DNA of 63,492 bases, filler included, from Elsinoe ampelina (taxonomy: Eukaryota), in NCBI GenBank assembly GCA_010093995.1. It is 3 parts of 3 records of this genome, joined end to end, with 100 filler letters (N's around TTAATTAATTAA, not from the genome) between each part and the next. Parts side by side here need not be neighbours in the genome. Positions count along the whole stretch, not along the records: positions 51,338 to 63,492 come from ML992570.1; 2 more parts are not named here. One strand, given 5' to 3'. Shown here one piece after another: positions 58,753 to 63,492 of the stretch (within the stretch, counting starts at the first letter, position 1; every line of letters starts with the position of its first letter). Both the position numbers and the translations under genes were made by a program. The notes under the pieces are model-generated. The model worked only from the letters and a program-made list of their open reading frames with translations, ran no database searches and had not been told where the DNA came from.

Positions 58753-59880
58753 ATGCAGACTTACTTTATCGATTCTACTACTGCCCTTGCCCAATTCCTG
58801 GATGGCCTCGGAGAGTGTGATGGCCAACCTCCAAGATTCTACATGGACTGTGAAGGCAACAATTTGTCCCGTCAAGGGACTCTGTCGTTGCTCACGATCC
58901 TGCTTGAACCCGAGAACGAGGTACACCTCATCGACGTGACCACCCTTGGTCGGCTCGCCTTCACCACGCCAGGCAAGGACGGCCGTACTCTTCAGGCAAT
59001 CCTCGAGTCTAGCAAGATTGTCAAGGTCTTCTTTGACATCCGCAATGACTCGGATGCTCTTTACAGTCTTCATGGCATCCGTGTCCAGGGCATCGAGGAT
59101 ATCCAGCTGATGGAGCTTGCCTCTCGGAGTGGTGCAAAGCGAACGGTGAACGGATTGGCTCGATGCATTCAGCAGGCGACATCCATTGGTTGGAAGGAGA
59201 GATCGGATTGGAAGTTGGTCAAGGAGAAAGGGCAGAAGCTGTTCGATCCTGCCCGAGGTGGTGGCTACCATGTCTTTGACAAGCGACCATTGTCCGAGGA
59301 GATCACAAGCTACTGCACTCAAGATGTTGCCTTCATGCCTATTCTTCGCCGGGCTTATCGGCGGGACCTTTGCGACGCATGGTGGAGAGAAATCGAGAGG
59401 GAGACGCAGGCCCGAGTGCAACTTTCCCAGAGTCGCTCGTACCAGGGCAAAGGTCGCCATATGGCTGAAGGTCCACCAAGATGGCGGTACTGGAGCCCCG
59501 ATGCGACTGAGCGAAGGCAGCGAACGCTGCTCGACGAGGCACCTCCCCGCCCATCTCAACGCCGCTCTCATCCAGTATCGCCAGATGTTGATAGCTCCAC
59601 GTCGAAGGACCACCAAGTCAATGCGCCGAAAGGCGTTGATGAGGGCAATCCGAAGGGCGTTGATGAGGCCGCGACAAAGGACATTGATACGACCAGGGCG
59701 CAGACGTTCCAGGAAGCGCTCGAGCGCGTGCGACGGCTCAATCTGGCGGATGTTGACACCTTGGCCGACTACGAGATCGATTACGAGAGGTGTGGTTACG
59801 CCAACAGTGATGGCAGCCAGGGTGACGATTATACCGCGTGCGACAAAGAATGCGGGTACTGCGGCCGTTGTCCCTACTAG
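58753..59880 (+). CDS. DEDDy 3'-5' exonuclease (EXD1/DnaQ-like) with C-terminal Cys cluster
   Basis: ExoI MDCEG, ExoII KVFFDIRNDSDALY, DIQLMELA, ExoIII YCTQDV; tail ACDKECGYCGRCPY. Confidence 0.9.
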   Translation: MQTYFIDSTTALAQFLDGLGECDGQPPRFYMDCEGNNLSRQGTLSLLTILLEPENEVHLIDVTTLGRLAFTTPGKDGRTLQAILESSKIVKVFFDIRNDSDALYSLHGIRVQGIEDIQLMELASRSGAKRTVNGLARCIQQATSIGWKERSDWKLVKEKGQKLFDPARGGGYHVFDKRPLSEEITSYCTQDVAFMPILRRAYRRDLCDAWWREIERETQARVQLSQSRSYQGKGRHMAEGPPRWRYWSPDATERRQRTLLDEAPPRPSQRRSHPVSPDVDSSTSKDHQVNAPKGVDEGNPKGVDEAATKDIDTTRAQTFQEALERVRRLNLADVDTLADYEIDYERCGYANSDGSQGDDYTACDKECGYCGRCPY

Positions 59881-60320
59881 TGTAGCCAAATTCGAGGCAC
59901 GACTGGCATCTACTGTTCAGTAGCGCTGCTCGAGTCTCCAATTAATGTACCACGCATTTTGTGTCTTTCGCGTTCGGCGTCAATGACAATCTGCATGAAC
60001 AAGTTGATGAAGAAAGAGTCCCAAAATACGTACCTCGTCTCTTCCAGGACCCAGGCACCACGTCCACTATCTCTGGTAGACGTCAAAGCCACGCCCCTCC
60101 GTCGCGTCCCCAGTTCCCTTGCCACGTGAGATTGAGACTGACGAACCGATCTCATGACGAAGCCCTGAACGTGACAGAGTTTTGGGCATGCACGAGTGGT
60201 TCGAGGGCGTCCGTCGGCCCCGCAAAAAGCTGTCAGGTGCGTCGAACTTTGGGCCGAAACGAGCCAGACCAAGCCAATGCGAGCCCAAACAAGCCTCCGG
60301 TTCGGGGGCCCAAAGGGCTG

Positions 60321-60857
60321 GACTGTGGGGATGCTTTCTCCGGAGCCGGCGTGTTTGCAGGCGGTGTCATGAGTCTGGAGCAACAGGTGATGGTCATGCT
60401 GCGTTGTCAGTGGATTCATTACTCGTATATATGGCCAGTATCCATTGTAAGTCCCCTCTCGTAGATTTGCTAGGACCATCGCTACAAAGAGACACAAGAC
60501 GTGAGCCCTGCCCACGTCACACCGAGCTGAGCTACCAAGGGTACTCTACCCCGCTGTACCACAACTCAGGCAACAAGATATCCACCACCATTGCTCGCTC
60601 TTGCCTTTCTCTGTCAAACACATCCCTCAATTGCACATCATTCCCGTCACTTCCTCAAAAGATTCACAGACAGCACCGTTTGTCACTGCTCGGAGCAGGA
60701 ACCAACCCCGCACACCCACATTCCAACGTCTAACCTGCAGCAAACCCCTGGCCCATCTGCATTCCTGCCAGGCACCGGTCAGACACGCGAGCACTTCGTG
60801 CCTGCAGTGACTGCCACGCTTCTTCCTTCATTCTCATAGCGGAGACACATACCACCT
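60321..60857 (+). pseudogene. Decayed C5 cytosine DNA methyltransferase, RID/Masc1-like
   Basis: Collinear remnants across frames: motif I GDAFSGAG (60327-60350), motif IV region VDLL..KT(W)SPAH (60461-60515), motif VIII LNC..LPQ..RLSLLGAG (60626-60700), RLTCS..H..TRE/SCLQ (60727-60807), motif X-like I-G-D-T-x-P-P (60836-60857). Confidence 0.55.
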
Positions 60858-62031
60858 GAGTATCACGTCCAAGACAGAACAAGCCACACCGCAACACCGA
60901 ATTATCTGAGAGATCTTGTACCTCAGAGCCAATCTGCGACTTTGCCATTTAGGCAACCATAGGCGACACGAGCTCGACAGTCAGATCGAACAACGTCAAA
61001 CAACGACCGCGACAGGCACCGAGGGAATATCATGGAGCCAATAGTACTCTCAGCGATGATCTCGCTATTTGTGGTCAAAGGCTTCGCACTCGGCGCAGTA
61101 TTGGCCTTCATGTGGTCGCCTTACACCTGAGGTCGAGATGGTGACAGCGGAGGAGACGAAGAAGGCCACGAAAAGGGCGGACGGGAGTTGAGCAAATCAC
61201 GAAAAGAGACATATACAAAGACCCACGGGCAGAGCAGGTGGAGGGATTGAAGACAACTATCGGATTCCACGACGGCACACCACGAGATGACCGTGTAAAG
61301 TACTTGGACCCGGACCCTGCAGCAAGACTGACACCAGCGTGCTTGGAGCAGTCACAAGGAGGCATGACACTTGCGACCAGCATGGCAAAAGCACCACGAA
61401 CGAGCATGACTGGAAGCATGAATCCGTCCAGGCGGTCCCGTTTGAAGCTCTGTACGAAAAGCCGGCAGAATTGACGGGATGTATTGAAGGATCCCAGCAG
61501 GATCCTCAATGGCCGACAAAAGCCAAAGGAGTCTTTCCAGGCACCCGGAAGGAGAGACGAATTGACGAAAACATGCAGTGTACGACTTGTACGACTGACG
61601 ACCAATGACACCAACGGCCGAAGCGCCCAAATTAATACATGTAATTTCATCAATCAACATCTTTCTCTCTGTCCACTGATTGCACAGACTGTCTTGTTAC
61701 AGGCGGCAGGGCGCAAGTCTCAGCGGACAGCTTCCATGGTCCAGCCGTGATATACATTGCATCTACTTCAGGACATGATGGCTATGTTACAATAGACAAG
61801 ATCTTTCCCAGTGACGTTGAAGTCAAACAGGGTCGTCCTTTGTGCGATCTACTGTACAGAATCACCTCAAAACCTCAACGCCTGTCCCGCGCCAGCAAAA
61901 TCACCCAGCAAAAAGAGGGTATACCATTCCCGAACAAGTCAATGAACGTATGTCTATAGTCACATCCCTTACTTTCACCTCTTCCAATTCCCTTCTTCCC
62001 TCTCTTCTCCCGCATCTGGTCCACCCTTGGC

Positions 62032-63492
62032 TTACGCATTCTTCCTAGCAATATACCCTCTCCACCTTGGGTTGTAGTAATACACCGGAATGCCCAAAGC
62101 AAAGATGAAGCAATAGAAAGCCAACAGCGTCATGTACGCCCGCAGGTAGTTCCACTGCACAACCATAGGGATGATGCCGTAGGAAGCGCCGAAGCTGACA
62201 ATGTTCTTGACGCCGATGACGATGGTGAGTGCCGGACCTGGGTTCTTGGGGTAGGCTTCGGCGGCGAATTGGGTCGTGTTGATGAGGATGACGGTGTTGG
62301 CTATTTGGTAGAACGTCCAGCCTGAGAGATATTAGCCACGCCGCATTGACAGGAGAAGAGACTTACCCATAACAATTCCCCACCAGCTGTATGTCGCTGG
62401 CGAATTGGCCGTGACACCATAGATGATGATCCCAATCAAGCCGACGAAGAAGACCGGAATGAGCTGCACCAGCGTATTCTCAGGCAGATGCACCCCTCCC
62501 CTCCTCCTCGCCAACCACAAGTTCAACTTGTCCCCAAACCACCCAGTGTAGACCGTGGCAATGATACTCCCCGGGAACACACCAATATTGATCAACCCCA
62601 CCGAAGCATAACTCCAGTTATACAACTCGGTCAAGACCACCGAATACGTCAACCCCATCGCAATCCCCGTCCCCAACCCAATCGCCGCCAGCAAAATCGC
62701 AAAAACAATCGCCGGGCTCGAGAAACACTCCAACATCTTCTTATTCGCATCCACAAAAACCCTCAACGGCTGGGGACTCGGCTTCGACCAAGGCTTGAGC
62801 TCACTCACATAGCTCTTCTTCTCAGGCACATTCTGACTCTCCGCACTCCCGTAAACCACCCCAAACGTCCTCCTCGCCTCCTCCTGACTCATGATCTTCG
62901 TCACCCCCCACTCGTCCGTATGCACCACTTGCTCCCCGACCTGCACCGGCACACGGATATACTTGGTCTCCGTGAGCGCGAAGAAACCAATCCCCAACCC
63001 AGCGGACGTCAGGATGCCGAGCAGCCAGTAGAACCATCGCCACCCCAGCGCTTCCACGAGGTAGGAATTCCCGATCAGGAACCCCGTGTTGACCAGCGCC
63101 TGACTCCCCCAGTAAACCCCGTAGAACAACCCTCGTTCGTCCAGGAACGCGATATCCGTCACGATGAGGGGGAGGACGCTCTCCGTCGCGCCCGCGGCCA
63201 GGCCTTGGAGGATGCGACACGCGAGGTGCGTGTTGAAGTCCGGGGCGGCGGCGGCGCCGAACGTGGATCCCATGAGGAACAGGCAGCAGGCGAGGAAGGT
63301 GGGGCGGCGGCCGTAGATGATGGCTGCCGGGAGGATGATGAAGGCCCCGCCTGCCATGGCGAGGGATGGGTAGTTGGAGAGTTCGCCGACTTGGGCGTAG
63401 CCTTTGCCTTCGGAGGCGTAGACCATGAGGAAGGTGGTGAGGATGGGGCCGAGGCCGCCGACGAGGACGAGGGAGAAGATGGCTGGGGGGGG
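62032..63492 (-). CDS. MFS transporter (5' end outside the window)
   Basis: AIIYGRRPTFL, CRILQGLAAGATES, DIAFLDERG, LGWRWFYW; intron ~62322-62366; last exon ends YYYNPRWRGYIARKNA-TAA. Confidence 0.9.

Noticed and set aside
58711..59889. 392-aa antisense ORF over the exonuclease, and similar antisense ORFs at 10057-10884, 19178-20047 and 21827-22582
   Set aside because: No recognisable motifs; expected shadows of GC-rich coding sequence on the opposite strand.
1..63492. tRNA, rRNA or snoRNA genes
   Set aside because: None recognised by eye; a tRNAscan-SE/Infernal run would be needed to exclude them.

Overview
Gene-dense segment of a filamentous ascomycete genome (Pezizomycotina; short ~45-60 nt GT/GC-AG introns with CTRAC/CTAAC branch points). 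It consists of three contigs joined by two artificial N44-TTAATTAATTAA-N44 spacers (26057-26156, 51238-51337). About 25 intact protein genes are supportable: VPS45, a cupin, an M14 carboxypeptidase, an ABHD11-like hydrolase, RPS1, SES1, Rheb, a divergent TBCC-like gene, HTD2, WAPL, ATP12, an OSH1-type oxysterol-binding protein, Maf, an F-box protein, two MFS transporters, a PHD protein, a MAPEG protein, a SAC-domain phosphatase, NUP85, a C2H2 protein, a 3'-5' exonuclease and two small Cys-rich ORFs. Both gaps sit in AT-rich, RIP-mutated transposon islands that contain two copies of one ~260-bp Copia-type LTR and a PIF/Harbinger transposase readable after reversing RIP. The most notable observations are: (1) a heavily decayed RID-like C5 DNA-methyltransferase relic at ~60.3-60.9 kb in a window full of RIP footprints; (2) about a dozen short, sharp C/A-rich to G/T-rich strand-asymmetry switches that ignore gene orientation; (3) a collapsed HR-PKS/RTA1 cluster fused by deletions; (4) a Maf gene with two GC-AG introns and an altered DKAG motif. 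All calls come from reading motifs by eye; no database searches were run.
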